Assembly (NCBI GenBank): GCA_946610655.1
Contig: CAMOCH010000002.1
Span: forward strand, 1-38,257
Direction: 5' to 3'
Length of the DNA: 38,257 nucleotides
Source: an uncultured Clostridia bacterium
Lineage (GTDB): Bacteria; Bacillota; Clostridia; Christensenellales; UBA1242
The notes beneath the pieces were generated by a model. That model made no database searches and was not told the DNA's origin. It worked only from the letters and a program-made list of their open reading frames with translations. How positions within the stretch are numbered: position 1 is the first letter of the stretch; each line of letters starts with the position of its first letter. The translations under genes were made by a program, and so were the position numbers. Below are positions 16,793 to 26,406 of the stretch, in pieces.

Positions 16793-17618
16793 GTGTTAAT
16801 CTTCCTATTTTACCAGTTCTAAAATCATCCAAAAAACCACGTCCAGCACGCAAATAATCAATTTCTTTATTCTTAAGAATAAAGCCTCTATTTTTGCAAA
16901 AGCCGTTATATATCTCAATCAATTCTTGAGTTTGATCAAATTCACCATATCTATTTACAACATTTTTGGGAAATCTTTTGATTAAGTAATCAATGAGTGC
17001 AAATCCAAGCTCTTCAATGTCAAGAACATCATCTTTAATTGAGCCAACAAATGCAAGTTTTAACGCTAGATTTTGGTCTTCAAATTTTGGCCAAAGAGTT
17101 CCCGGAGTGTCAAGCAAAACAAAGTTTGATTGCATTTTAACCCATTGAGTCATTTTTGTAACGCCGGCTTTGTTTCCTGTCACTGTTTTTGCATTGCTTG
17201 CAAGAGCATTAATTATGCTTGATTTTCCTGTGTTTGGAACGCCAATAACCATAACCTTATATGTAACGTTAATATTTTTGTTATTGTTTTTTTCAATTTT
17301 TTCAGCAAGCATTTTTTTAAGCTCATCTAAAATTTTATTTTTAGATTTTGACTCGCTTGAAACCAAACTAATAACATTTTTCCCTTGATCTTTAAATTTT
17401 TGAACAAACTTTTTTGTTGCGTTTTCATCTGCCAAATCTGCCTTATTAAGCACATACAAAATTGGTTTATGCTCAACAATAGAATCTATTTTTGGATTGA
17501 AACTGCTTTCAGGAACTCTTGCATCCAAAACATATATAATTGCATCACAAAGTTTTGCATTTTTTTGCATTTCTTCAAGAGTCTTTTTCATGTGACCTGG
17601 AAACCAATTAATTATCAT
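16779..17618 (-). CDS. rbgA: Ribosome biogenesis GTPase A (YlqF/RbgA)
   Basis: ORF trimmed to the ATG at 17618 (MIINWFPGHM), 6 nt after GAGGTGAGG. Circularly permuted GTPase motifs: NKADL precedes GVPNTGKSS. Confidence 0.88.
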   Translation of the reverse strand: MIINWFPGHMKKTLEEMQKNAKLCDAIIYVLDARVPESSFNPKIDSIVEHKPILYVLNKADLADENATKKFVQKFKDQGKNVISLVSSESKSKNKILDELKKMLAEKIEKNNNKNINVTYKVMVIGVPNTGKSSIINALASNAKTVTGNKAGVTKMTQWVKMQSNFVLLDTPGTLWPKFEDQNLALKLAFVGSIKDDVLDIEELGFALIDYLIKRFPKNVVNRYGEFDQTQELIEIYNGFCKNRGFILKNKEIDYLRAGRGFLDDFRTGKIGRLTLDEI

Positions 17619-17681
17619 TATATACCTCACCTCAGTATAGTATTATCACAGACATAGTATCCCAAAAAATCTAGCAAAAAC

Positions 17682-18353
17682 CTATTTTTTTATCAAATCA
17701 GGTCTTCTCTTTTTTGTTACTATTTTTGATTGCTCTTTTCTCCATTTATCAACAAGTTCATGATTACCACTAACAAGCACTTCAGGAACTTTAAGCCCCA
17801 TAAATTCTTGTGGTCTAGTGTATTGTGGATATTCTAGCAAATCATTAGAAAAACTTTCATCTTCTGCACTTTCAAGTTTTCCAAGAACCCCAGGAATATA
17901 TCTTGCAACACTGTCAACAACAGCCATTGCAGGAATTTCACCACCTGTTAAAACATAATCTCCAATTGATATTTCCTCATCAATAAGAAGTTCAATTATT
18001 CTTTCATCAATACCCTCATAATGTCCACAAAGTAAAATTAAATGTTCCTTTTTACTAAGCTGTTTAACTTTGCTTTGAACCAAGGTTTTGCCTTTTGGAG
18101 ACATATATATTTTGTATGCATCTTCATATCCATCAATACTAGTTATTGCGTCATATATTGGTTGTGGAGTCATAAGCATTCCAACACCACCACCAAAAGG
18201 ATAATCATCACATTTTTTATGTTTATCTTTTGAGTAGTCACGAATATCAATTATATTAATTTCAAGTGCTTTTTTGCTTGTAGCCTTGCCAATTAAACTT
18301 GTTTTTAAGGCTGAAAACATTTCTGGAAACAAGGTTAATATATCAATCTTCAT
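17682..18353 (-). CDS. trmD: tRNA (guanine37-N1)-methyltransferase TrmD
   Basis: Trimmed to the ATG at 18353 (MKIDILTLFPEMF). Motifs DYPFGGGVGMLM and GHYEGIDER. Overlaps the rimM 3' end. Confidence 0.93.
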   Translation of the reverse strand: MKIDILTLFPEMFSALKTSLIGKATSKKALEINIIDIRDYSKDKHKKCDDYPFGGGVGMLMTPQPIYDAITSIDGYEDAYKIYMSPKGKTLVQSKVKQLSKKEHLILLCGHYEGIDERIIELLIDEEISIGDYVLTGGEIPAMAVVDSVARYIPGVLGKLESAEDESFSNDLLEYPQYTRPQEFMGLKVPEVLVSGNHELVDKWRKEQSKIVTKKRRPDLIKK

Positions 18354-18834
18354 AAACACCAACCTCAGAAAAAATCTTATTGTTTAGCACAACATTTTCC
18401 CCAACCTTTTCAATCAAGCCTTTTTTGTGACTGCACATAATATTTTTCTTTCCAGAAATATAAATAACATCTGCACTGCCAAAATTTTGTATATCAACAA
18501 TTTTACCAAGTTCTGTTCCATCGTCAAGACACGCAATCTTGCCAATCAAGTCAACCATCAAAAATCTGCCATCTGCAAGTTTTAGAGCTGATTTTTCAAC
18601 CTTAATAAACTTATTTCTAAAAGCTTCTGCCTGATTTCTGCTTTCAATTATAGAAAGTTTAACGGCATATCCACCACCAACTTTATAAATTTTATCAATT
18701 GTGGCTGGAGTATCTTCCACAAACACATTTTTTATGCTTGAAAAATCAAAATCATCATCAGAAAAAACAGAGATTTTAACGTCTCCATGAACACCTTGTG
18801 GTTTAAGAATTTGTGCAATAGTTATTTTATCCAT
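18343..18834 (-). CDS. rimM: 16S rRNA processing protein RimM
   Basis: 163 aa, IAQILKPQGVHGDVKI, with a PRC-barrel C-terminal region. Located upstream of trmD. Confidence 0.85.
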   Translation of the reverse strand: MDKITIAQILKPQGVHGDVKISVFSDDDFDFSSIKNVFVEDTPATIDKIYKVGGGYAVKLSIIESRNQAEAFRNKFIKVEKSALKLADGRFLMVDLIGKIACLDDGTELGKIVDIQNFGSADVIYISGKKNIMCSHKKGLIEKVGENVVLNNKIFSEVGVYED

Positions 18835-18887
18835 TTTAATACCCTAAAAATATTATACTTTATTAAGTTGTTTTGCGCAAGTTATTT

Positions 18888-18916
18888 AAAAATAAAAACC
18901 ACGGCACTGCCGTGGG
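18888..18916 (-). terminator. Hairpin terminator between ylqC and rimM
   Basis: GC-rich 7-bp stem CCACGGC / GCCGTGG with a 3-nt loop, followed on the minus strand by TTTTTATTTTT. Confidence 0.6.
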
Positions 18917-18921
18917 TCTTA

Positions 18922-19158
18922 TTACTTTTTGTCTGTAAACTTAATACTAACTCTTTTGTTAACCTTTTTGCCACTGGTTCTAACAACAGTTCTAATTGCA
19001 TTTGCAACTTTGCCGCTTTTACCAATAACTTTTCCAAGGTCTGATTCAGAAACACGAACAAGAATATTAAATTCTTTATCTTGTTCAGAAACAGAAACTT
19101 CAACTTTGTCAGTATCTTCAACAAGACTTTTCACAATAAATTCAACTAATTCTTTCAT
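18922..19158 (-). CDS. KH-domain RNA-binding protein (YlqC family)
   Basis: 78 aa, GKVIGKSGKVANAIRTVV. Immediately downstream of rpsP. Confidence 0.85.
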   Translation of the reverse strand: MKELVEFIVKSLVEDTDKVEVSVSEQDKEFNILVRVSESDLGKVIGKSGKVANAIRTVVRTSGKKVNKRVSIKFTDKK

Positions 19159-19179
19159 AATAATCTCCTTTAGTTAAAT

Positions 19180-19437
19180 TTATTTTGATTTTTTGTCTTC
19201 AATAGCGCCACTCTTTTTTAGTAATGCTTTAACAGTGTCTGTTGGTTGAGCACCATTTTTAATCCATTTTTGAGCAAGTTCATTGTTAACTTTGATTTCA
19301 GCTGGCTCAACTAAAGGATTGTATGTTCCGATTTGTTCAATATATTCACCATCTCTAGCTTTTCTTGAATCGCTAACTACAATACGATAAAAAGGTGTCT
19401 TTTTTGCTCCTAAACGAGTTAATCTAATTTTTAACAT
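19180..19437 (-). CDS. rpsP: 30S ribosomal protein S16
   Basis: 85 aa, [30 protein letters not shown]. Confidence 0.95.
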   Translation of the reverse strand: MLKIRLTRLGAKKTPFYRIVVSDSRKARDGEYIEQIGTYNPLVEPAEIKVNNELAQKWIKNGAQPTDTVKALLKKSGAIEDKKSK

Positions 19438-19498
19438 TCATTTATCCTCCGTTATTAATTTTTATATATCATACACGGCATTTGCCGAAATATGCAAA

Positions 19499-20821
19499 TT
19501 AAAATTTTCTACCAAACATTTTCGCAAGTTTTCCATTATTTGCATTTTTCATAAGTTGTTTGGTTTGCTCAAATTGTTTTATGAGCGAGTTAACTTCTTG
19601 AATTGTTCTGCCACTACCAGCCGCAATTCTTTTTCTTCTGCTACCATTTATGATTTCAGGGTTGGCACGTTCCTTTTTTGTCATTGAATAAATTATTGAC
19701 TTAAATACCTTAATCTTTGACTCATCAACGTCTTTAGGGTTAAATTTACCAGCCATTCCTGGAACCATCGCAAGCAAGTCTGCAATGTTGCCCATTTTTG
19801 AAATTTGTTCAAACTGAAGCAAAAAGTCATCAAATGTAAACTGATTTTTTTTGAGTCTTTCTTCAAGTTTTTGCATTTCTTTTTGGTCAACAGCTTCTTG
19901 AGCTTTTTCAATTAGAGTAAGGACATCTCCCATTCCAAGAATTCTCGATGCCATTCTGTCTGGATAAAATGGTTCAATATCACCAATTTTTTCTCCAATA
20001 CCACAGAATTTAATTGGTTTTCCAGTTACCGCTTTAATGCTGAGTGCAGCACCACCACGAGTGTCACCATCAAGTTTTGTTAAAACAACACCTGTTATAT
20101 CAAGCTTATTATTAAATTCTGTTGCAACATTAACAGATTCTTGACCTGTCATGCTATCAACTGTTAAAAGAATTTCTGTTGGTTTAACAGCCTCTTTAAT
20201 TTTAACAAGTTCGTCCATCAATTCTTGTGAAATTTGAAGACGACCAGCTGTGTCTATAATAACTGTGTCATTACCCATCTTTTTTGCATAAGAAACAGCT
20301 TCTGTTGCAATTTTAACTGGATTTATTGTTCCCTTTTCAAAGAAATCAACGCCAGCATTTTTGGCACCAATTTTAAGTTGTTCAATGGCAGCAGGACGAT
20401 AAATATCGCACGCAACCAAAAGTGGTTTTTTGCCTTGTTTTTTAAGCATAAAGCCAAGTTTGGAACACATTGTGGTTTTTCCTGCACCTTGAAGACCACA
20501 CATCAATATGATTGTTGGTGGATTTGGAGCAACTTCAAGTTTTGCATTTTCACTACCCATTAAACTTATTAATTCTTCATTAACAATTTTAATAACTTGT
20601 TGCCCAGGAGTTAAACTTTCTAGAACTCTTTCACCAACAGCCTTTTCACTCACATTTTTAATAAAATCTTTTGCAACCAAAAAGTTTACATCGGCTTCCA
20701 AAAGTGCAACTCTGATTTCTCTCATTGCTTCTTTAATTTCAAGTTCAGTAAGTTTTCCTCTTTTGGTAAGTTTTGAAAAAATGTGATTCAATCTTTCGCC
20801 CAAGCTTCCAAATAATGCCAA
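19499..20821 (-). CDS. ffh: Signal recognition particle protein Ffh
   Basis: 440 aa with GLQGAGKTT, DTAGRL and TKLDGDTRGGAALS motifs and a Met-rich M domain. The start codon is TTG (plus-strand caa at 19 nt offset, 20819-20821), downstream of AAGGAGAA. Confidence 0.95.
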   Translation of the reverse strand: MALFGSLGERLNHIFSKLTKRGKLTELEIKEAMREIRVALLEADVNFLVAKDFIKNVSEKAVGERVLESLTPGQQVIKIVNEELISLMGSENAKLEVAPNPPTIILMCGLQGAGKTTMCSKLGFMLKKQGKKPLLVACDIYRPAAIEQLKIGAKNAGVDFFEKGTINPVKIATEAVSYAKKMGNDTVIIDTAGRLQISQELMDELVKIKEAVKPTEILLTVDSMTGQESVNVATEFNNKLDITGVVLTKLDGDTRGGAALSIKAVTGKPIKFCGIGEKIGDIEPFYPDRMASRILGMGDVLTLIEKAQEAVDQKEMQKLEERLKKNQFTFDDFLLQFEQISKMGNIADLLAMVPGMAGKFNPKDVDESKIKVFKSIIYSMTKKERANPEIINGSRRKRIAAGSGRTIQEVNSLIKQFEQTKQLMKNANNGKLAKMFGRKF

Positions 20822-20825
20822 AAAT

Positions 20826-21167
20826 CTATTCTCCTTGTAGATTATTTATGATATTTTTCAAATTTTCTTTAATTTCAGATTGAGTCATGCCATCTATTTT
20901 ACTCATTAATGTTTGAACATTATTTTTCAAATTTTCATCTCTTTTAACAAAACCACATTTTTCTTCCATATCTGTGAGCAATTTTTCAGTTTTAATCAAA
21001 CTATCATGAACTGCTTGTCTTGATATATTAAGTTCTTCTGCAATTTCAAAAAGAGACCAATCTTCTTCCCAAAATTTAGAGAAAATTTCTTTTTGTCTAT
21101 CAGTTAAAAGATTTCCGTAATAATCTTTTAAGATACACATTTTAACTTCTTTATTAATATCAACCAT
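20826..21167 (-). CDS. ylxM: YlxM (UPF0122) HTH protein associated with SRP genes
   Basis: 113 aa, LKDYYGNLLTDRQKEIF...SLFEIAEELNISRQAVHDSL. Upstream of ffh. The start could alternatively be the ATG at 21140. Confidence 0.8.
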   Translation of the reverse strand: MVDINKEVKMCILKDYYGNLLTDRQKEIFSKFWEEDWSLFEIAEELNISRQAVHDSLIKTEKLLTDMEEKCGFVKRDENLKNNVQTLMSKIDGMTQSEIKENLKNIINNLQGE

Positions 21168-21204
21168 AATCCTCGGTGTAAAGCAAAAATACTTTACAGA
21201 GATT

Positions 21205-21233
21205 ATAATATAATATTAATTCAATTTTGTCAA
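21205..21233 (-). promoter_or_regulatory. Candidate sigma-A promoter for ylxM-ffh-rpsP (TTGACA-17-TATTAT)
   Basis: Minus strand reads TTGACAaaattgaattaatattaTATTATaat. A TATAAT is also available 3 nt further downstream. Confidence 0.55.
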
Positions 21234-21247
21234 CATATTTTTTTATT

Positions 21248-22147
21248 TTATTCAAAAATACTATCAACAAAATCTTTTGCTTTAAAATCTAATAAGTCAT
21301 CTGCCGATTCACCAACACCAATATATCTAATTGGAATTTCAAATTCTTCAGCAAGTGATATAACAAATCCACCTTTGCTGGTTCCATCAAGTTTTGTAAC
21401 TGTTATATCAGTTAAATCAATAGCTTCGTTAAACAAATTAACTTGACTTGTTGCATTTTGGCCAGTTGTTCCATCAATAACAATCATTTTGTGGTAATCA
21501 GCTTCTGGAAATTCTCTTTCAACAACCCTATTAATTTTCTTCAATTCTTCCATCAGATTAACTTTGTTGTGAAGCCTTCCTGCTGTGTCTATTATAATAA
21601 CATCAGCATTACGAGATTTTCCACTTGATATTCCATCAAACACAACCGATGCTGGGTCTGCGCCTTCAGTGCTACTAACAATTTTAACTTTTGCGCGTTT
21701 TGCCCAAACTTCAAGTTGATCTGCAGCAGCTGCACGGAATGTATCTGCAGCAACGACCACAACCTTTTTGCCCATTTTATCATATTTTTGAGCAAGTTTT
21801 CCAATTGTTGTGGTTTTTCCAACCCCATTAACACCAACAACCATAATCACACAAGGAAAAACAAGTTTTTGTGGTTCAACATTATTTAAAATGTTGGTCA
21901 TAACATTTTTCAAAGCATTTTTACATTGGTCTGTTGTTTTAATTTTGTTTTTCTTAACTTCTTCTTTTAAAGTTTCCAAAATTTCATTTGTGGCTTTTGC
22001 TCCAATATCACTAGAAAGCAAAACATACTCAAGTTCATCATAAAAATCTTGATCAAGTTCATTTCCAGTGAAGGCATACTTAAGCTGTTCACTAAAACTT
22101 TTTTTAGTGTTTAGCATTCCATCAAAAAGTCTAGATAAAAACCCCAT
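21248..22147 (-). CDS. ftsY: SRP receptor FtsY (short form, NG domain only)
   Basis: 299 aa with GVNGVGKTTTIGKLA, DTAGRLHNK and TKLDGTSKGG motifs. Confidence 0.93.
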   Translation of the reverse strand: MGFLSRLFDGMLNTKKSFSEQLKYAFTGNELDQDFYDELEYVLLSSDIGAKATNEILETLKEEVKKNKIKTTDQCKNALKNVMTNILNNVEPQKLVFPCVIMVVGVNGVGKTTTIGKLAQKYDKMGKKVVVVAADTFRAAAADQLEVWAKRAKVKIVSSTEGADPASVVFDGISSGKSRNADVIIIDTAGRLHNKVNLMEELKKINRVVEREFPEADYHKMIVIDGTTGQNATSQVNLFNEAIDLTDITVTKLDGTSKGGFVISLAEEFEIPIRYIGVGESADDLLDFKAKDFVDSIFE

Positions 22148-22155
22148 AATATCTC

Positions 22156-25100
22156 CTAAACAGCATTTTCAATTTTAATTGCATCACTAAGTTTAACAGA
22201 AACCATTTTAGAAACACCTTTTTCTTCCATGGTAACACCATACAAGCAATCAGCAAGTTCCATTGTTGGTTTTCTGTGAGTTATAACAATAAATTGTGTA
22301 TCTTTACTAAAGTTCTTCAAATATTTTGCAAAACGTTCAACATTTGCATCATCAAACGCAGCTTCAATTTCATCAAGTACACAGAAAGGCATTGGTTTTA
22401 GTTTTAATATTGCAAATAATATTGCAACTGCAGTAAGAGCCTTTTCTCCACCAGACAAAAGTGAAATATTGCTAAGTTTTTTGCCAGGTGGTTCTGCAAT
22501 GATATCAATTCCACATTCCAAAATATTGTTCTCATCTTGCAAAATCAGTTGACTTCTTCCGCCACCAAACAACTCTTTAAATACTTTTTGGAAGTTAATA
22601 TTAATTTGTTCGAATTGTTCTTTAAACTTGGTTTCCATTTGACCTGTTAATTCTTTAATAATTTTAACAAGGTCTTGTTCAGCCGAAGTTAAATCATTTC
22701 TTTGGCTAGCAAGATCGTTATATCTTGCTGACACAGTTTCAAGTTCTTCAATGGCATTAACATTAACAAATCCAAGTGCAGAGATTTGTTTTTTAACCTT
22801 TGCAGATTCTGATAAACCTTCTTTAATATCAAAGTCTTCTTGTCTGTAATTTACTGCATCACCATAAGTCATGTTATATTCTTCCCAAACTCTTTCTTGC
22901 ATTGTTTCAACTTCACTATCAATTTGAGTAATACGCATTTCTTCACGGCTTTTTCTTTCGATAATTCTTTGAATATCTGCAGAAAGTTCCATTTTTGTTT
23001 GGTCAGCTTCGTTCATAATCTTTTGTTGATTTGATTTGTATTCATCAAGTCCAGCAAGTTTGTTTTTAACTTCAGTAATTTTTTGCATACATGCTTGATA
23101 ATTTTCATCACCAGTAACATTTTCTAACATGTTATTGGCTTCAGTAATTTGCGTTGCATTTTTTTGATATTCAAGTTTATTCTCTCTATAACGATATTCA
23201 CTAACAGCAAGGTCGTTATTAAGTTTATCAATTTCTGCCATTATGCTAGAAATTTCACTACTTTTTTCTGTTTGCTTAATTTTAAGTTCTGTTAAATTAT
23301 CATACAGAGATTCTCTTTTCTTTCTAAGTTCATCAAATTTAGAATCAGCAAGTTTTTTGTTTTCGTTGGCTTCATTTGTTCTTTCAATACTTTTGCCAAC
23401 TTTTTGATTTGCAATATCATATGCTTCGTTAACAGCCATGATTCTATCAATCAAATTATCTTTTGCATATTCTGTTTGTCTAAGTTCATGCTCAAGTTCT
23501 GCAATTTGGTCATCAAACTTATCAAGATCATCACGCAAAATAACAAGTTCAACTTCTTTGTCATGAATTTTATTATTAAGTTCAATCAATTTTTGGTTGA
23601 TATCGTCTTTTTTAATTTTAAGTTCTTCAAACTTTTTAGTTTTTTCGGCAATATCACTTGCAAGAAGTTTAATCTCCTTATTTAAATCAGCAATTTCTCT
23701 TTCTCTACCAATAATGTTGCTTGTATTTTCTTTTCTGCTACCACCAGAAATACTTCCTTGTGGATTAATTACATCACCATCAAGAGTAACAATTTTTGCA
23801 CTATATTTAGTGATTTTACTTAAATTGACTGCATTATCAAGATTATCAACAATAACTGTTGAACCAAGCAAACTTTTGAAAACAGGTGCCAAGTTTTTGT
23901 CGTAAGAAATCAAATCACTTGCAACACCCAAAACTCCACGGCTGTTTAAATGGTCTTCAACAATATCAGGAAGATATCTTTCTTTCATGCTGGTTATTGG
24001 CAAAAATGTTGCACGACCAAATTTTCTTTCTTTTAAGTAGTTAACAATATATTTTGCATCATCTTCATTTTTGGTAACGATGTTTTGAACACTTGCACCA
24101 AGTGCCATTTCTATTGCAACTTCCAAATTTGCAGGGACTTTCATAAGTTTCGCAACAACACCAACTATCATTCCGCCAAGTGTTGAGTTTGTTTTTGCTT
24201 GTTCCAAAAGTCTTTTAACAGAGATAATATAACCTTCGTTTTCTTCTGCCATTTCTTGCAAGACTTTTGCACGAGAAAGCTTTGTGTGATACTCAACTTT
24301 CATGTCATCAAGTTCAAGACTTATATTATTTGACATTTCGGCATAGTTATTCAAATCATCAAGATAATTTGATTGTGTTAACTTATCTTGTGAAAGTGCT
24401 TTTTCAGCATCTTGAACGCTTTGTTGTGAGTTTTTAATTTTTGTTTCGTAGCCAGCAATGTTATCTTTTAAATCAGAAATTTTTTGTTCGGTTTCTGTTT
24501 GTTTTTCTGCAAGCATATTTTTTTCTGCTTGTAAACTAGAAAGTGCAGATTTTTCATCACCCAAATTTTGAAGTGACGCATAAATTTCTTCACCAGATTC
24601 TCTTGTTGATTTTTCTCCTGCAGTAAGTCTATCAACAATATCTAAATATTCACCATTAACTCTTTCAATTTGTCTTTCAATTTCTTGAAGCATAGTTTTA
24701 TCTGTTTGAAGAGTTTCAGTTTTTTCTGCAACCTGATTTTTTATGTTTTCACGAAGAATTTCATCTTGTTTAATTTGCATATCAATCTTTTGATTTTGTT
24801 CAGTAAGAGAATCAATTCTTCCTCTTATAACTTTTGCTTCACCATTTTGTTTTTCAAGTTCAACAGTATAGTTCAAAAGTTTATCTCTAAGTTCTTCAAT
24901 TGTTGTATCAAGCTGGTTAATGCTTTCTATGCTGCTGTTAAAGTCATTAACTGCTTTATCAAAAGAAGCTTGCTTAATTTGAAGTTCATCATCAATGCCA
25001 GCAATTTTTTGACGAATTTGCTCTTTGCTGCTGTTCGCATGGTCATATTGATAAACATAAATGTTCAATTCAAGATTTTTAAGTTGTTCTTTAAATTGCA

Positions 25101-25746
25101 AAAACTTTTTTGCATTTTCTGATTGTTTGGTAAGTGGTCCAAGTTGATTTTCAAGTTCATAAATAATATCATTAAGTCTTGTTAAGTTATCTCTTGTTCT
25201 TTCTAGTGTTCTTTCAGCCTCTTGCTTTCTAGACTTAAATCTAGAAATCCCAGCTGCTTCTTCAAAAATAATTCTTCTATCTTCTGGTTTAACAGACAAA
25301 AGACTATCAATTTTACCTTGTCCAATAACACAATAGCTATCTCTTCCAAGGCCGCTATCTCTAAGTGCGTCAACAATATCTTTTCTTCTAACTGGATTTT
25401 TGTTGATGGCATATTCACTTTCACCACTTTTATAAAGTTTACGAGTGAACACAACATCATCATAATCTAATGGAAAAATTTTCTCACTGTTATCAAAAAA
25501 TAATGAAACCTCACAATAACTAAGTGGTTTTCTTGTTTGTGTTCCATTAAAAATAACATCTTGCATATTGCTACCACGCATAGATTTTGCACTGTTTTCA
25601 CCCATAACAAATCTAATGCTGTCTGCAACATTACTTTTTCCGCAACCATTTGGGCCAACAATTGCAGTTACACCAGCGTCAAAACTAACATCTAGTTTAT
25701 CTGCAAAAGATTTAAACCCATATATTTCCATCTTTTTAAATTTCAT
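22156..25746 (-). CDS. smc: Chromosome condensation/segregation ATPase SMC
   Basis: 1196 aa with GPNGCGKSN (Walker A), long coiled coils and a hinge, LSGGEKALTAVA (signature) and FCVLDEIEAAFD (Walker B). Confidence 0.95.
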   Translation of the reverse strand: MKFKKMEIYGFKSFADKLDVSFDAGVTAIVGPNGCGKSNVADSIRFVMGENSAKSMRGSNMQDVIFNGTQTRKPLSYCEVSLFFDNSEKIFPLDYDDVVFTRKLYKSGESEYAINKNPVRRKDIVDALRDSGLGRDSYCVIGQGKIDSLLSVKPEDRRIIFEEAAGISRFKSRKQEAERTLERTRDNLTRLNDIIYELENQLGPLTKQSENAKKFLQFKEQLKNLELNIYVYQYDHANSSKEQIRQKIAGIDDELQIKQASFDKAVNDFNSSIESINQLDTTIEELRDKLLNYTVELEKQNGEAKVIRGRIDSLTEQNQKIDMQIKQDEILRENIKNQVAEKTETLQTDKTMLQEIERQIERVNGEYLDIVDRLTAGEKSTRESGEEIYASLQNLGDEKSALSSLQAEKNMLAEKQTETEQKISDLKDNIAGYETKIKNSQQSVQDAEKALSQDKLTQSNYLDDLNNYAEMSNNISLELDDMKVEYHTKLSRAKVLQEMAEENEGYIISVKRLLEQAKTNSTLGGMIVGVVAKLMKVPANLEVAIEMALGASVQNIVTKNEDDAKYIVNYLKERKFGRATFLPITSMKERYLPDIVEDHLNSRGVLGVASDLISYDKNLAPVFKSLLGSTVIVDNLDNAVNLSKITKYSAKIVTLDGDVINPQGSISGGSRKENTSNIIGREREIADLNKEIKLLASDIAEKTKKFEELKIKKDDINQKLIELNNKIHDKEVELVILRDDLDKFDDQIAELEHELRQTEYAKDNLIDRIMAVNEAYDIANQKVGKSIERTNEANENKKLADSKFDELRKKRESLYDNLTELKIKQTEKSSEISSIMAEIDKLNNDLAVSEYRYRENKLEYQKNATQITEANNMLENVTGDENYQACMQKITEVKNKLAGLDEYKSNQQKIMNEADQTKMELSADIQRIIERKSREEMRITQIDSEVETMQERVWEEYNMTYGDAVNYRQEDFDIKEGLSESAKVKKQISALGFVNVNAIEELETVSARYNDLASQRNDLTSAEQDLVKIIKELTGQMETKFKEQFEQININFQKVFKELFGGGRSQLILQDENNILECGIDIIAEPPGKKLSNISLLSGGEKALTAVAILFAILKLKPMPFCVLDEIEAAFDDANVERFAKYLKNFSKDTQFIVITHRKPTMELADCLYGVTMEEKGVSKMVSVKLSDAIKIENAV

Positions 25747-25749
25747 TTT

Positions 25750-26406
25750 TTACGCCTTTTTTATCATGTTTATTGTATTTTTAGCAGCAAGCAGTTCTGC
25801 AGTTTTTTTATTTGGTCCTTCACCAAATCCCATATTCACACCATTAATAATAACTGTTGATTTGTAAGTTGGATTATGGTCTTCTCCATGCTTTGTTGTT
25901 GAATATTTTATTTTGTCTTTAGGAAGCATTTCTTGAAGCATTGTTTTTGAATTTTCCAAAAGCCCGTCTTTTTTGAGAGCATCAATTGCTGTTTTTAAAT
26001 TGCTCAATATGAATTGTTTTGCAGCACTTAGCCCACCATCAAGATAAAGTGCTCCAACAATAGCTTCAAACAAATCACACATTTCACTTTTTGTAACTTC
26101 AAATTTGCTTTCACCTTTACCTCTTAGTAAATACTGTTCAAGTTTTAGTTCACTAATTACAAATGAAAGTGTTTCTTCATTAACCAAACTGGCCCTATAC
26201 TTTGTTAACTTACCTTCACTTAAGTTAAAATTTTTATAAAGTTCATCGGTTACAACAAATTCAAGAATAGCATCTCCCAAAAACTCCAATCGTTCGTTGC
26301 TAACAGTTTTGTGTTCATTTGCATAACTTGAGTGAATGAATGCTTGCTTAATTATTGATTTATCTTTGAATGTGTGATTACAAATTTTTTCAATTTTGTT
26401 TATCAT
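25750..26406 (-). CDS. rnc: Ribonuclease III
   Basis: Trimmed to the ATG at 26406, 6 nt after GGAGGAAAGTG. RNase III signature ERLEFLGDAILE and a C-terminal dsRBD. Overlaps the plsX 3' end by 17 nt. Confidence 0.92.
   Translation of the reverse strand: MINKIEKICNHTFKDKSIIKQAFIHSSYANEHKTVSNERLEFLGDAILEFVVTDELYKNFNLSEGKLTKYRASLVNEETLSFVISELKLEQYLLRGKGESKFEVTKSEMCDLFEAIVGALYLDGGLSAAKQFILSNLKTAIDALKKDGLLENSKTMLQEMLPKDKIKYSTTKHGEDHNPTYKSTVIINGVNMGFGEGPNKKTAELLAAKNTINMIKKA

Noticed and set aside
24670-25122. 150-aa ORF antisense to smc (also 23404-23905 and 25222-25470)
   Set aside because: These are shadow frames of the repetitive coiled-coil coding region. The translations are Phe/Ile/Asn/Lys-rich nonsense with no start context.
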